A stretch of 64,000 nt of DNA. Origin: a virus (taxonomy: Duplodnaviria > Caudoviricetes). Shown here one piece after another: positions 20,862-30,979 of the stretch. The stretch's first letter is position 1, and every line of letters begins with the position of its first letter. The notes beneath the pieces were generated by a model, which did not search any database, was not told the DNA's origin, and saw only the letters and a list, made by a program, of their open reading frames with translations. The position numbers were made by a program, and so were the translations under genes. Location of the stretch: positions 5,283 through 69,282 of the IMG/VR virus record IMGVR_UViG_3300037631_002929; one strand, given 5' to 3'.

Positions 20862-21925
20862 CACGTGTTGCTATTCTCAACGATACTCATGCCGGTGCTC
20901 GTAACTCGTCGGGTATCTTTATCGGCTATCAAGAGCGTTTCTATACTGACATATTCTTTCCGTACCTTCGTGAACACGGTATCGATCGTATCCTACACCT
21001 CGGTGACTACTATGAACATCGTAAGTTTGTAAACTTCAAGGTCCTAAATGCTAATCGTACTCACTTCCTTGAGAAGTTGCGTGAGTACAATATTACTATG
21101 GACATAATTCCAGGTAACCATGACGTCACGTATCGTAATACAAACGACCTATGTTCCCTCAGTGAGCTGATGATTGGCTTTGACGATGTGGTTAATATTC
21201 ACATGAAGCCAACCGAACTGAAGTTTAGTGAGACCGATCAGAAGATCCTTATGCTTCCATGGATCAACAGTGAGAATGAACACTATACCCTCAAATGTAT
21301 CGAACAAACCGATGCCAAGATCTGTTTAGGTCACTTCGAGTTCTGTGGCTTCGAGATGTATCGTGGTGCTATCTGTCATGAAGGTATGGATATGAAGCCA
21401 TTCGGCAAGTTTGACTCGGTGTACTCTGGTCACTTCCATACGAAGTCGTCTAATGGTCATATCATGTACCTCGGATCGCAAATGGAATTCACCTGGGCTG
21501 ACTGTGAGGACCCTAAGTACTTCCACATTCTTGACCTTGAAGACGGTCAATTGACAGCAGTAAATAATCCACTCACGTTGTTTACCAAAGTAACCTATGA
21601 CGACGAATCCTTCGAATATGCTGACTTTGACTATAGTATCTTCGATAGACAGTTCGTCAAGGTTGTGGTTGCAAACAAAACTGATCGTCATCAGTTTGAA
21701 GACTTTATCGCCAATGTCCAGCTACGTAAGGTATACGACCTCAAAATCGTAGAGTCATTCGAAGGTGTTAAGGTGACTGATGACGACGAGTATACACATT
21801 TCGAAGAGACAAGCGAGTTGATATCACAATATGTGGATGCGATCGACACTCTACTTGATCGTGACCTACTTAAGACCCAACTAAAAGAACTATATAATGA
21901 GGCACTCCATGCAGAACAACTTTAA
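20858..21925 (+). CDS. gp47: recombination endonuclease subunit (Mre11/SbcD-like)
   Basis: DTHAGAR; HLGDYY; GNHD; GHFE; SGHFH. Confidence 0.93.
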   Translation: MTRVAILNDTHAGARNSSGIFIGYQERFYTDIFFPYLREHGIDRILHLGDYYEHRKFVNFKVLNANRTHFLEKLREYNITMDIIPGNHDVTYRNTNDLCSLSELMIGFDDVVNIHMKPTELKFSETDQKILMLPWINSENEHYTLKCIEQTDAKICLGHFEFCGFEMYRGAICHEGMDMKPFGKFDSVYSGHFHTKSSNGHIMYLGSQMEFTWADCEDPKYFHILDLEDGQLTAVNNPLTLFTKVTYDDESFEYADFDYSIFDRQFVKVVVANKTDRHQFEDFIANVQLRKVYDLKIVESFEGVKVTDDDEYTHFEETSELISQYVDAIDTLLDRDLLKTQLKELYNEALHAEQL

Positions 21926-22280
21926 GTCAGGCGTCAAATATGACGGAGGAAAACCTATGATGAGTCTAGTACCGCCTAGAGCATTGCGTGAAACAGCTAA
22001 GGTCCTTACATTTGGGGCACAAAAGTATGCACCTGACAATTGGCGTAAGCTCGATAATCTACAAGGTCGTTACCTTGATGCTGCACTGCGTCATATTAAC
22101 GAGTTTCAGACTGGTACAATGGTCGACGAAGAGTCGGGTTGTCCTACTCTGGCCCATGCCATTTGTGACCTCATGTTTGTCCTTGAGGATCTTCTTATGG
22201 AAGAGTCAGAGCCAAAGACCGATCGGGAGACCGACGTTAACAATACCATTATGAAGTTAAGCGAACTACTGGATGATTAA
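21909..22280 (+). CDS. dATP/dGTP diphosphohydrolase-like protein (DUF5664 family)
   Basis: GVKYDGGKPMMSLVP...VLTFGAQKYAPDNWRK...RYLDAALRH...DEESG..LAHA. Confidence 0.75.
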   Translation: MQNNFKSGVKYDGGKPMMSLVPPRALRETAKVLTFGAQKYAPDNWRKLDNLQGRYLDAALRHINEFQTGTMVDEESGCPTLAHAICDLMFVLEDLLMEESEPKTDRETDVNNTIMKLSELLDD

Positions 22281-24006
22281 TATGTCAATTGTGTTTAAGA
22301 CCCTACGATGGAAGAACTTCTTATCGACAGGTGACAATTTTACCGAGATCAATTTCCTTAAGTCACCGAAGACCCTTATCGTAGGTGAAAACGGTGCTGG
22401 TAAGTCTACTATGCTTGATGCGTTGAACTATGTACTGTTCAACAAACCTCACCGTAATATTAATAAACCGCAACTTATTAACTCGATCAATGAAAAGGGT
22501 CTTGTGGTTGAGATCGAGTTTACGATCGGCCGTAATGACTATAAAGTTATTCGTGGTCATAAACCAGGTATCTTTGAGATTTATCACAACGGTAACCTCA
22601 TTAATCAAGCTGCTTCGGTTCGTGATTATCAGGTCCACCTTGAACAGACCATCCTGCGCCTTAACTACAAGTCATTTAACCAAGTGGTTGTTCTTGGATC
22701 GTCATCGTTCGTTCCGTTTATGCAGTTACCTACTGGTCAGAGACGCCAGATCATCGAGAATCTACTTGATATAGATATCTTTACCAAGATGAACCAACTG
22801 CTACGTGAGTCACATAGTATTCTGAAAGAACAACATCGTGATAATACTACCAAGTTAGAGGTGATACGTAACAAGATCAATGTTCAAAAGAAGTACATTC
22901 ACGACCTTGAGCAACTTAATAAAGGTCTGATTGACGAGAAGAGAGCTGAGATCGACAAACTGTTTATCGATCATGATAACTATGACGCATCAGTTGCCAA
23001 GATACAAAAGAGAGTTGATGCTGGTAACGATGAATATGTACGTCGTATGGACTCACTTCAAAACAAAATGGACGCTGAACGCAAGACGCTTTCAGGCCTC
23101 GACGGCGAAATCAAGACATCGAAGAAGACTATTAAGTTCTTTGAGCAAAACGATACGTGTCCTATCTGTACTCAAACCGTTGAGCCTGAGCTATCTAAAT
23201 CTGAGATCAAACGCCACCACGATTGTATCGAAGAGTTGACTAATCAGAAGACCAACATCGGTGGTACCATTGATGTTATTGCAGGTAACATGGATAAGTT
23301 AAATGCAGTACGTACTAAGATCGTTGAAGAAGAGAACAAACTACGTAGCTATCAAGAAGAGATGCGTATCATTACTCGTCGTATCAACGGGTTGAATCAA
23401 GACATTGCTAACCTTCAAGAGAAGGGTGGTGACGTTAAAGCTGCTACTCGTGACCTTCGTGGCTATGAGGCTGATCAAGAAGACATCAACCTTGAAATAC
23501 GTGACATCAATGAACAGATGAACTATAACGCTCTGAAGTTCGAGATGTTAAAAGACACCGGTATCAAGACGAAAATCATTCGTAAGTACAGACCAGTCAT
23601 TAACAAACTGATCAATGAGTACTTACAAGTTCTCGACTTCTTCGTACAGTTCACTCTTGATGAGAACTTCAAGGAGATTATCAAGTCAAGACATAGAGAC
23701 ATATTCTCTTACTCGTCATTCTCAGAAGGTGAGAAGTCAAGAATCGATTTGGCATTACTCTTCACATGGCGACAGATTGCAGCTATGAAGAACTCGATGT
23801 CAACCAACCTACTTATCCTTGATGAGACATTCGATTCTAGTCTCGATACTGATGGCGTTGACAACCTACTCAAGATCCTTGACACTCTTGAAGAGGGTAC
23901 TAACGTGTTTGTTATATCTCACAAGAAAGATATGTTAGACTCTAAGTTCCCACGTAAGCTGAACTTCAAGAAGATTAATAACTTTAGTGTCTGTTATGAG
24001 GATTAA
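22273..24006 (+). CDS. gp46: recombination ATPase subunit (Rad50/SbcC-like)
   Basis: WKNFLSTG; GENGAGKST; CPIC zinc hook; FSEGEKSRIDLALLF; LILDE; ISH. Confidence 0.95.
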   Translation: MINMSIVFKTLRWKNFLSTGDNFTEINFLKSPKTLIVGENGAGKSTMLDALNYVLFNKPHRNINKPQLINSINEKGLVVEIEFTIGRNDYKVIRGHKPGIFEIYHNGNLINQAASVRDYQVHLEQTILRLNYKSFNQVVVLGSSSFVPFMQLPTGQRRQIIENLLDIDIFTKMNQLLRESHSILKEQHRDNTTKLEVIRNKINVQKKYIHDLEQLNKGLIDEKRAEIDKLFIDHDNYDASVAKIQKRVDAGNDEYVRRMDSLQNKMDAERKTLSGLDGEIKTSKKTIKFFEQNDTCPICTQTVEPELSKSEIKRHHDCIEELTNQKTNIGGTIDVIAGNMDKLNAVRTKIVEEENKLRSYQEEMRIITRRINGLNQDIANLQEKGGDVKAATRDLRGYEADQEDINLEIRDINEQMNYNALKFEMLKDTGIKTKIIRKYRPVINKLINEYLQVLDFFVQFTLDENFKEIIKSRHRDIFSYSSFSEGEKSRIDLALLFTWRQIAAMKNSMSTNLLILDETFDSSLDTDGVDNLLKILDTLEEGTNVFVISHKKDMLDSKFPRKLNFKKINNFSVCYED

Positions 24007-24340
24007 TACGTCTCAACCTGATAGGTATAAGAATAAAAATGTCACAATTGGACAATAAAATTGTCTATATTAATACAAGTGACTATCGTGATTGTATAAA
24101 TAAATACAATCGGTCATTAATAGCAGATGATCGATTACTAAAAGTGTTATACCCCAACCAAGGATCGGACTCCTCCCTATATTATTACCTCACTATTGGC
24201 TGAACATTTTTATGTATCGTCCTGAATTGAACTGACATTATTGTGAATTGAAATATAACGGAGTTGACGGAAAACGATATTATCCATGGGGACCAAGCGG
24301 ATAATATCCAGTGTAACACCTTTACTCGTACCGAGTCGGG

Positions 24341-24370
24341 AAGAGGGGACAAAAAAGGTTCCCTCTTTTT
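24341..24370 (+). terminator. intrinsic terminator upstream of the gp45 promoter
   Basis: AAGAGGGGAC-N7-GTTCCCTCTT hairpin plus T run. Confidence 0.6.
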
Positions 24371-24381
24371 GCACTTTATGG

Positions 24382-24410
24382 TGTACAAACCCTCCAAAAC
24401 GTGATATGAT
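24382..24410 (+). promoter_or_regulatory. early-type promoter upstream of gp45
   Basis: TGTACA-N17-TATGAT. Confidence 0.72.
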
Positions 24411-24446
24411 ATAATTATAGTTGAATAACAATGGAGCTACTATATA

Positions 24447-25115
24447 ATGACCCAACTATCTCAAGACGTGATCGGTGTACTTACCAACTTTGCGTCTATT
24501 AACCCAAACTTCGTATACGAGTCTGATAAACCACTCGGTACGATTTCACCTACTAAATCGATTGTCGCTCAGTATACGGGTGACGCAGAAGTCTTTCCGG
24601 TTGACTTTAGTAAGTACGGTATCTACGACCTTAACGAGTTTCTTACGGCTCTCGGCCTGGTCGGTGATAACGCCAACCTAGACTTCTCTGAAAAGTCTGT
24701 TTCGATAAATGGTGATTCTGGATCCATTGAGTACTTCTTCTCACGTCGTGAGACTCTTAACGTCTCTGTTGTATCGATCACAATGCCAGGTGAAGAACTT
24801 AAGTTCAACATCACACAGGCCGAGCTCGGCCAACTGAAAAAGGCATCATCTGTATTTGGTCACAAGAAGGTACAAATCTCATCGACTGACGGTGTCGTCA
24901 CTGCTCGGGTCTGCGATCCAGCAAACGCTACTGCAGCATCGTTCTCTCTGACTATCGAAGGTGCAACTCAAACCGAAGACGTTAAGTTCGTCCTCGATAT
25001 TGATAACCTCAAGTTGGTAAAAGGTGACTATGAAGTGACTTATGCAAAGGCAGGTATTACACTCTTCGATAACGCAGCTGAAAACATGCGTTACTGGATT
25101 GCTGTTGAACGATAA
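24447..25115 (+). CDS. gp45: sliding clamp
   Basis: LTNFASIN; GIYDLNEFL; NLKLVKGDYEV; YWIAVE. Confidence 0.92.
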   Translation: MTQLSQDVIGVLTNFASINPNFVYESDKPLGTISPTKSIVAQYTGDAEVFPVDFSKYGIYDLNEFLTALGLVGDNANLDFSEKSVSINGDSGSIEYFFSRRETLNVSVVSITMPGEELKFNITQAELGQLKKASSVFGHKKVQISSTDGVVTARVCDPANATAASFSLTIEGATQTEDVKFVLDIDNLKLVKGDYEVTYAKAGITLFDNAAENMRYWIAVER

Positions 25116-25141
25116 ACCTCTCTTTGTGAAAGACACATATA

Positions 25142-26077
25142 ATGATGAATGAACTATGGGTCGAGCGGTATCGCCCGGCAACCGTCGCTGACACTATCCT
25201 CCCAGCGGCCCTAAAGAAAACGTTCCAAGGCATGGTCAACAATGGCGAGATCCCTAACATGATCTTGTCAGGCTCTGCGGGTCTAGGTAAAACTACTTTG
25301 GCCCGTGCCTTGTGCAACGAACTCAACCTTGACTATATCTTTATCAACGGATCCGATGAACGTAATATCGAAACACTCCGTAACAAGATACGTCAATTTG
25401 CATCCACCGTTTCTCTGGCCGGTGGTATGAAGGTCGTCATCCTTGATGAGGCCGATTATCTAAACCCACAGTCAACTCAACCAGCCCTTCGTGGTTTTAT
25501 GGAAGAGTTCCACAACAACTGTCGGTTTATTCTTACGTGTAACTTTAAGAACAAGATCATTGACCCACTCCACTCTCGGTGTGCAGTCTATGACTTTACG
25601 TATGACAGTAAGGGTCTTCCTCAGCTGTGCGCGCAGTTCTTTAAGCGTCTGACAAATGTCCTCGATGAGAACACAATTCCATATGACAAGAAGACTGTCG
25701 CTGCTCTGATTCAGAAGCACGCACCTGACTGGCGACGTTGCCTTAACGAATGCCAAAGGTACTCTGCATCCGGTCAGATCGATGAGGGTATCCTTGCCAA
25801 CATGGAACTTGAGAACTTCGAGGTGCTCATCAACGCACTCCGTACCAAACAGTTTAAGACCATGCGTAAGTGGGTGTCTCAAAACATCGACCTCAGCCCT
25901 GTGACTGTGATGCGTAAGCTGTATGATACCATGAGTACGTACGTTGAGCCTGAGTCAACACCACAACTGATTCTCATATTGGCTGAGTATGATTACAAAA
26001 ATGCCTTTGTGGCTGATCACGAACTCAACTTGGTGGCTTGTCTCACTGAAGTTATGGGTGGTATCAAATGGAAGTAA
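25142..26077 (+). CDS. gp44: clamp loader large subunit
   Basis: LWVERYRP; GSAGLGKTT; ILDEADYL; FILTCN; LHSRC. Confidence 0.95.
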   Translation: MMNELWVERYRPATVADTILPAALKKTFQGMVNNGEIPNMILSGSAGLGKTTLARALCNELNLDYIFINGSDERNIETLRNKIRQFASTVSLAGGMKVVILDEADYLNPQSTQPALRGFMEEFHNNCRFILTCNFKNKIIDPLHSRCAVYDFTYDSKGLPQLCAQFFKRLTNVLDENTIPYDKKTVAALIQKHAPDWRRCLNECQRYSASGQIDEGILANMELENFEVLINALRTKQFKTMRKWVSQNIDLSPVTVMRKLYDTMSTYVEPESTPQLILILAEYDYKNAFVADHELNLVACLTEVMGGIKWK

Positions 26078-26149
26078 GAAATATTATTCTAATATTATGT
26101 CAAAACTGTGTAGAAAGGCGACTGACAATGTTGTCAGCTGAGTAAAAAT

Positions 26150-26560
26150 ATGTTATTTGATTACTTAAATAATATAAATAATGGTAATGGGGATATTATG
26201 TCCACGGCTGATGACGAGAAAGCATACTCTGCTTTTATGGTCAACCGCGGTTTATCTTATTTCCCAGACACGGTTCTACATGCTAATTTGATGAATATAC
26301 ACCACCATACCGACAGTCGGTTACAGTATGACTTTTTGAGGTCCTCGATCAGAAAGAAAAAGAGATATTCAAAGTGGTTCAAGAGCAGTGAAGATCAAAC
26401 GTTGACGGTTATAACTGAATACTATAACTGTTCAATGCAAAAAGCTAAGGAGTATAGCAATATACTATCAGACGAAGACATAAAGGCCATTTCAGAGATG
26501 ATCGATCGGGGTGGCTTTAGTCGTAAGAAAGCAAAAAAAAATGATCGACGATCGAATTGA
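26150..26560 (+). CDS. gp62: clamp loader small subunit
   Basis: YSAFMVNRGLSYFPDT; QYDFL...KKKRYSKW; YYNCS..KA. Confidence 0.9.
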   Translation: MLFDYLNNINNGNGDIMSTADDEKAYSAFMVNRGLSYFPDTVLHANLMNIHHHTDSRLQYDFLRSSIRKKKRYSKWFKSSEDQTLTVITEYYNCSMQKAKEYSNILSDEDIKAISEMIDRGGFSRKKAKKNDRRSN

Positions 26561-26951
26561 ATGGTCCCCCAAGGACATGTTAGAGATTACTCTGAACGAA
26601 CCCGATGACTTCCTCAAAGTAAAAGAGACCCTCACTCGGATTGGCATATCATCTAAAAATACGCGTAAGCTGTATCAATCATGCCATATCTTACATAAAC
26701 AGGGACGATATTTTATTTGTCACTTTAAGGAACTTTTCATGCTAGATGGGAAGTCTGCAAACTTCTCGGAAGAAGATCTGTTCCGGCGTAACACAATCGC
26801 TACTTTGTTAGCTGATTGGGGCCTATGTGAGTTAATGAATGGGTATCCTGCGAAGGATGAGCGAGCGCCTATGCGTTCAATCAAAATTATATCACATAAA
26901 GCTAAGCGAGACTGGGAACTAGTTCCAAAGTATCGTATTGGTAATTCGTAA
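26541..26951 (+). CDS. regA: translational repressor
   Basis: PDDFLKVKETLTRIGI; LYQSCHILHKQGRYFI.HFKELF; WELVPKY.IG. Confidence 0.95.
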   Translation: MIDDRIEWSPKDMLEITLNEPDDFLKVKETLTRIGISSKNTRKLYQSCHILHKQGRYFICHFKELFMLDGKSANFSEEDLFRRNTIATLLADWGLCELMNGYPAKDERAPMRSIKIISHKAKRDWELVPKYRIGNS

Positions 26952-27051
26952 TATAATATCATCGAAGTGACTCGTCAGAGTAAGGGGTCAGGGATTCGTC
27001 CTTGACCTCAACACCTTTTTGTAAAAGGTATTGGAGTGTGCAAATTAACTG

Positions 27052-27080
27052 TGTACAATAACGTAGATGTGTGATACTAT
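27052..27080 (+). promoter_or_regulatory. early-type promoter upstream of gp43
   Basis: TGTACA-N17-TACTAT. Confidence 0.72.
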
Positions 27081-27106
27081 AAACTATATGATGAAAAAGG
27101 TAATCT

Positions 27107-29623
27107 ATGTCCAATGAGTTCTATACATCCGTAGTTCGTTACGGTAAAAATATCCTATACCGTGGTTACAAGAATGGTCTTCGTGTTCAGGAGAAGATTC
27201 CGTTCAAGCCGCATCTTTATATGCCAAGCATCAAAGGCGATACTATGGCCCTCGATGGCCGTAAGGTTGCTCGTGTCGACTTCAACAGTATGACCGAAGC
27301 CCGTGACTATATCAAACAGTATTCCAACATACCAAACGCGCAGATCTACGGCACGCAAGACTTTGGTGCTCAGTTTATCAACGAGAAGTTTCCGGGTGAT
27401 CGTGTCGAGTTTAACCCCGACCTTGTCAACATCATGTACTTCGACATCGAGGTGTATTCAACCGACGGATTCCCACATCCTGAAGAGGCTGCTCACCCTA
27501 TCGATGCTGTATGTTTCAAGTCATCACGGTCTGGCATGTACAGTCTCTTCACTACAGTCGAAGGTCCTGTCGAGATGGAGCCTCTCCTTGAGAAAGGTAT
27601 CGAACGTGGTAATATTCACGTACGTAAGTTTGACTCAGAATACCTCATGTTGTCGGCCATACTTCGTTGGTGGAACGAGGAACAAAACAGTCCGGATATT
27701 ATTACCGGATGGAACATCGAAGGTTTTGACGTACCATACTTCATCAACCGTACTGCTAAGATCCTTGGCTCAGAACGCGTTAAAGACTGGTCACCTTGGG
27801 GTCTAGTCCGTGAGAAAGAGGTTGAGTTTCGAGGTCGTAAGCAAACATTCTATACAATCGACGGTATTGCCCAGGTCGACTATATGAAGGCCTTCATTAA
27901 GTTTGGTTACTCATATGGTTCACAGGAGTCATATCGTCTCGATCACATTGCCTCGGTTGTACTTGGTGAGAATAAACTTGACTATGATGCTCAAGCCGGT
28001 CTTCATGGTCTACGTGACCAAGATCCTGCTCGTTACCTTGCATACAACATCAAGGATACGTGGCTCGTCGAGAAGCTCGAGGATAAGATGGGCCTGATCG
28101 ACCTCGTCATGACCACCGCATACAAAGCCGGGGTAAACTATATCGACTGTTTCGGTACGACTCGTATATGGGATACTATCATCTATCGTAAGCTGGCTCA
28201 ACGTAATGTTGTTGTACCTCCGTCGAAAGAGAACGTCAAGGCCTCGTTTGCGGGTGGTTACGTCAAACCTCCTCAGGTCGGTATGCACGACTGGGTTACC
28301 TCATACGACCTTAACTCTCTATATCCTAACATCATTGTCCAGTGGAACATGTCGCCTGAGACTATCATCGATGGTATGTATGGTGACCTTAATCCTGATA
28401 TCTGCCTTGATCCTGAGTTCAAGGTTGATAGTCAGTATTGTGTCGCTGCCAATGGTGCTCAGTTCCGCCGTGATAAACAAGGCATCATTCCTGAGATTAT
28501 TATTGACTACTATGCCGAACGTAAGGCCATCAAAAAGCAGATGCTCGAGGCACAGCAGGCCAAAGAGTCGTGTGACAAAGGCGATCTGTACAAGATGGAA
28601 AAGCGTGTTGCCCGACTTAATAACGCACAGATGACTGTCAAGATTCTACTCAACTCTCTTTATGGTGCTATGTCTAACCGATACTTCCGTTACTTTGATC
28701 TACGTATCGCCGAGGGTATCACACTGTCTGGCCAGTTGGCTATTCGTCAGTCCGAGCAGTCTATCAATAATATCCTTCAGAAAGGTTTTAACGACGACAA
28801 AGACCGCGTCATTGCTATCGATACTGACTCTAACTATGTCAACCTTTCTGACTTTATTACGCCGAAGGTTAAGGATCCTATTACATATCTTGACAAGGTA
28901 TCCGAGACAGTTATCATTCCAGCTATCGTCAAGGGTTACGACCGCCTCTTTAATCAACTTAACTGCTATGTCCCGCGTCTTGTTATGGAACGTGAGGTCA
29001 TTGCGGACAAAGGTTTCTGGACTGCTAAGAAGCGATACGTCCTCAATGTCCACAACTCCGAAGGTGTTCAGTACGCACAGCCTAAGCTCAAGATCATGGG
29101 TATCGAGGCAGTTAAGTCTTCAACACCTCAAGTGTGTCGTGGTTGGCTTAAGAACTCTTTCAAGGTAATTATCGAGGAGGGTGAGACTGCCCTTCAAGAT
29201 TACATTCAAGCACGTCGAGATGAGTATATGGCTCTTCCACCCGAAGAACTTGCCGCTCCTCGTGGCGTCTCTGAGATCCGTAAATATATGACACGTGATG
29301 GCGGTTACAAGAAAGGTACTCCTCAGAACTCACGTGCCGCCATCGTGTATAACAACCTGATCAAGACCAAAGGCCTCGAGAAACAACATGAGCTTATTGG
29401 CGACGGTGACAAACTTAAATACCTCTACCTTCGTATGCCAAATCCAACTCACGGTAACGTTGTCGGTTTCCCCGCCTTCCTTCCGCGTGAACTCGAACTT
29501 GAAGACTATATCGACTACGACACTCAGTTCCAGAAGACCTTTGTTGATGTTCTAGTTCCTATCGTCGATGCTCTTGGTTGGTCTATCGAAAAGAGCTCAT
29601 CCCTCGAAGACTTTTTTGTATAA
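27107..29623 (+). CDS. gp43: family B DNA polymerase
   Basis: Exonuclease motifs FDIE, GWNIEGFD, YNIKD; polymerase motifs DLNSLYP, KILLNSLYG, IDTDS; C-terminal clamp-binding SLEDFF. Confidence 0.97.
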   Translation: MSNEFYTSVVRYGKNILYRGYKNGLRVQEKIPFKPHLYMPSIKGDTMALDGRKVARVDFNSMTEARDYIKQYSNIPNAQIYGTQDFGAQFINEKFPGDRVEFNPDLVNIMYFDIEVYSTDGFPHPEEAAHPIDAVCFKSSRSGMYSLFTTVEGPVEMEPLLEKGIERGNIHVRKFDSEYLMLSAILRWWNEEQNSPDIITGWNIEGFDVPYFINRTAKILGSERVKDWSPWGLVREKEVEFRGRKQTFYTIDGIAQVDYMKAFIKFGYSYGSQESYRLDHIASVVLGENKLDYDAQAGLHGLRDQDPARYLAYNIKDTWLVEKLEDKMGLIDLVMTTAYKAGVNYIDCFGTTRIWDTIIYRKLAQRNVVVPPSKENVKASFAGGYVKPPQVGMHDWVTSYDLNSLYPNIIVQWNMSPETIIDGMYGDLNPDICLDPEFKVDSQYCVAANGAQFRRDKQGIIPEIIIDYYAERKAIKKQMLEAQQAKESCDKGDLYKMEKRVARLNNAQMTVKILLNSLYGAMSNRYFRYFDLRIAEGITLSGQLAIRQSEQSINNILQKGFNDDKDRVIAIDTDSNYVNLSDFITPKVKDPITYLDKVSETVIIPAIVKGYDRLFNQLNCYVPRLVMEREVIADKGFWTAKKRYVLNVHNSEGVQYAQPKLKIMGIEAVKSSTPQVCRGWLKNSFKVIIEEGETALQDYIQARRDEYMALPPEELAAPRGVSEIRKYMTRDGGYKKGTPQNSRAAIVYNNLIKTKGLEKQHELIGDGDKLKYLYLRMPNPTHGNVVGFPAFLPRELELEDYIDYDTQFQKTFVDVLVPIVDALGWSIEKSSSLEDFFV

Positions 29624-29652
29624 GCTATAAATAATTATCATAAGGATATACT

Positions 29653-30132
29653 ATGAAACCAATGAATCAAGATCCCAACTTCTTCACAAAATCCTCAGAT
29701 TGGGTGTCGAATATCAATTATATGCATCGCCACTATGGTGTCCATCAGGCTACTGAGTCATTTGATTCTGAAAAGCTACGGGCATTACTTGACTTCCGCG
29801 TACGGTTTATCGAAGAAGAGTTTACCGAGTTGGTCAAGGCCTCAGATACTGGTGACTCAGAAGAGGTGGTTGACGCTTTGATAGACCTTTGTGTTGTGGC
29901 GATCGGTACACTTGATATCTTCGGTGTTAATGCCGACGAAGCGTGGCAGCAGGTTAACAACGCCAATATGGCCAAAGAGGTCGGTGTCAAAGAGTCAAGG
30001 CCTAACCCACTTGGTCTACCTGACCTCGTAAAACCTGAAGGCTGGACTGCACCATGTCACGAAGGTAACCATGGTCGCCTACCTGAGATTGGTCCACGTG
30101 AAAATGACGTTGGTCAAGGTGAACTATTTTAG
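29653..30132 (+). CDS. all-alpha NTP pyrophosphohydrolase (MazG/PRA-PH-like)
   Basis: FIEEEFTEL...EEVVDALIDL...ANMAK...KPEGWTAP; late promoter at 29626-29633. Confidence 0.75.
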   Translation: MKPMNQDPNFFTKSSDWVSNINYMHRHYGVHQATESFDSEKLRALLDFRVRFIEEEFTELVKASDTGDSEEVVDALIDLCVVAIGTLDIFGVNADEAWQQVNNANMAKEVGVKESRPNPLGLPDLVKPEGWTAPCHEGNHGRLPEIGPRENDVGQGELF

Positions 30133-30166
30133 TTGCAAAAAATGTAAAAAAAATGCGAAAGGGCTA

Positions 30167-30195
30167 TGTACAACGTGGCCCTTTTGTAGTATACT
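30167..30195 (+). promoter_or_regulatory. early-type promoter
   Basis: TGTACA-N17-TATACT. Confidence 0.72.
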
Positions 30196-30201
30196 GTATA
30201 T

Positions 30202-30396
30202 ATGATAAACAAAAGTGAACGACAGTATGAATCAGATATCCAGTCCGCTGGTGATCAGATTCGAATCGAGGGACTTGTCAGCGGTAGCGCCAAGTACGTC
30301 GAAGTGTGTGATGAGTACAATGTTTCGGCTGAAGATGTTGAGTCGTATATCTTAGATAGTGAATGCACATATGCACAATGGTTTGATGGAGTATAA
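30202..30396 (+). CDS. small acidic hypothetical protein (possibly leaderless)
   Basis: ATG lies 7 nt after the -10 box, near the predicted transcription start. Confidence 0.45.
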   Translation: MINKSERQYESDIQSAGDQIRIEGLVSGSAKYVEVCDEYNVSAEDVESYILDSECTYAQWFDGV

Positions 30397-30397
30397 T

Positions 30398-30979
30398 ATG
30401 AGTAAGATAATTTTAACTGACTGTGATGGCGTCATCCTTGATTGGGCCCCAGCGTTTATGAGCTGGATGCGTGACCGCGGTTACGTGGCTGTGAGTAGTG
30501 CAGATTCGTACTATAATATTCATGACAAGTTCGGCATCGACCGGGCTGAAGCCAAGAAGCTTGTTAACTACTTTAATCAGTCTGCTCGTGTTGGGTATAT
30601 CGACGCTCTTCGTGATTCTGTTTATTACGTCAAACTTCTTCACGAAAAGCACGGTTATACGTTCCATGCTATCACGAGTATGCATACCGATCCATATGCT
30701 CAAAAGCTACGTATCATGAACCTCAAAGCATTGTTTGGTGAAAATACATTCTCACGATTTACAATCCTTGGTTGTGGTGATGATAAAGACGAAGCCCTTG
30801 AACCATACCGTGGCACCAACTACTGGTGGATCGAAGATAAACCTGAAAATGCCACAGCTGGTACTGCGGTAGGCCTTCGTAGTATCCTTGTTGACCATCC
30901 ACACAATCAGGATTATCGTGACTGCCCACGTGCATTCGATTGGGAAGACATTTATGAACTCGTCTACTATGGTGTGTAA
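30398..30979 (+). CDS. HAD-superfamily (deoxy)nucleotidase, T4 30.2-like
   Basis: ILTDCDGVILDW motif I; AITS; WIEDKPEN. Confidence 0.8.
   Translation: MSKIILTDCDGVILDWAPAFMSWMRDRGYVAVSSADSYYNIHDKFGIDRAEAKKLVNYFNQSARVGYIDALRDSVYYVKLLHEKHGYTFHAITSMHTDPYAQKLRIMNLKALFGENTFSRFTILGCGDDKDEALEPYRGTNYWWIEDKPENATAGTAVGLRSILVDHPHNQDYRDCPRAFDWEDIYELVYYGV

Noticed and set aside
24212-24304. TGA-readthrough micro-ORF MYRPELN*HYCELKYNGVDGKRYYPWGPSG
   Set aside because: No RBS, and TGA is an ordinary stop elsewhere (for example nrdA and gp55), so there is no evidence of recoding.
26068-26145. 25-aa ORF and small hairpin between gp44 and gp62
   Set aside because: Too short to support; may simply be spacer sequence.
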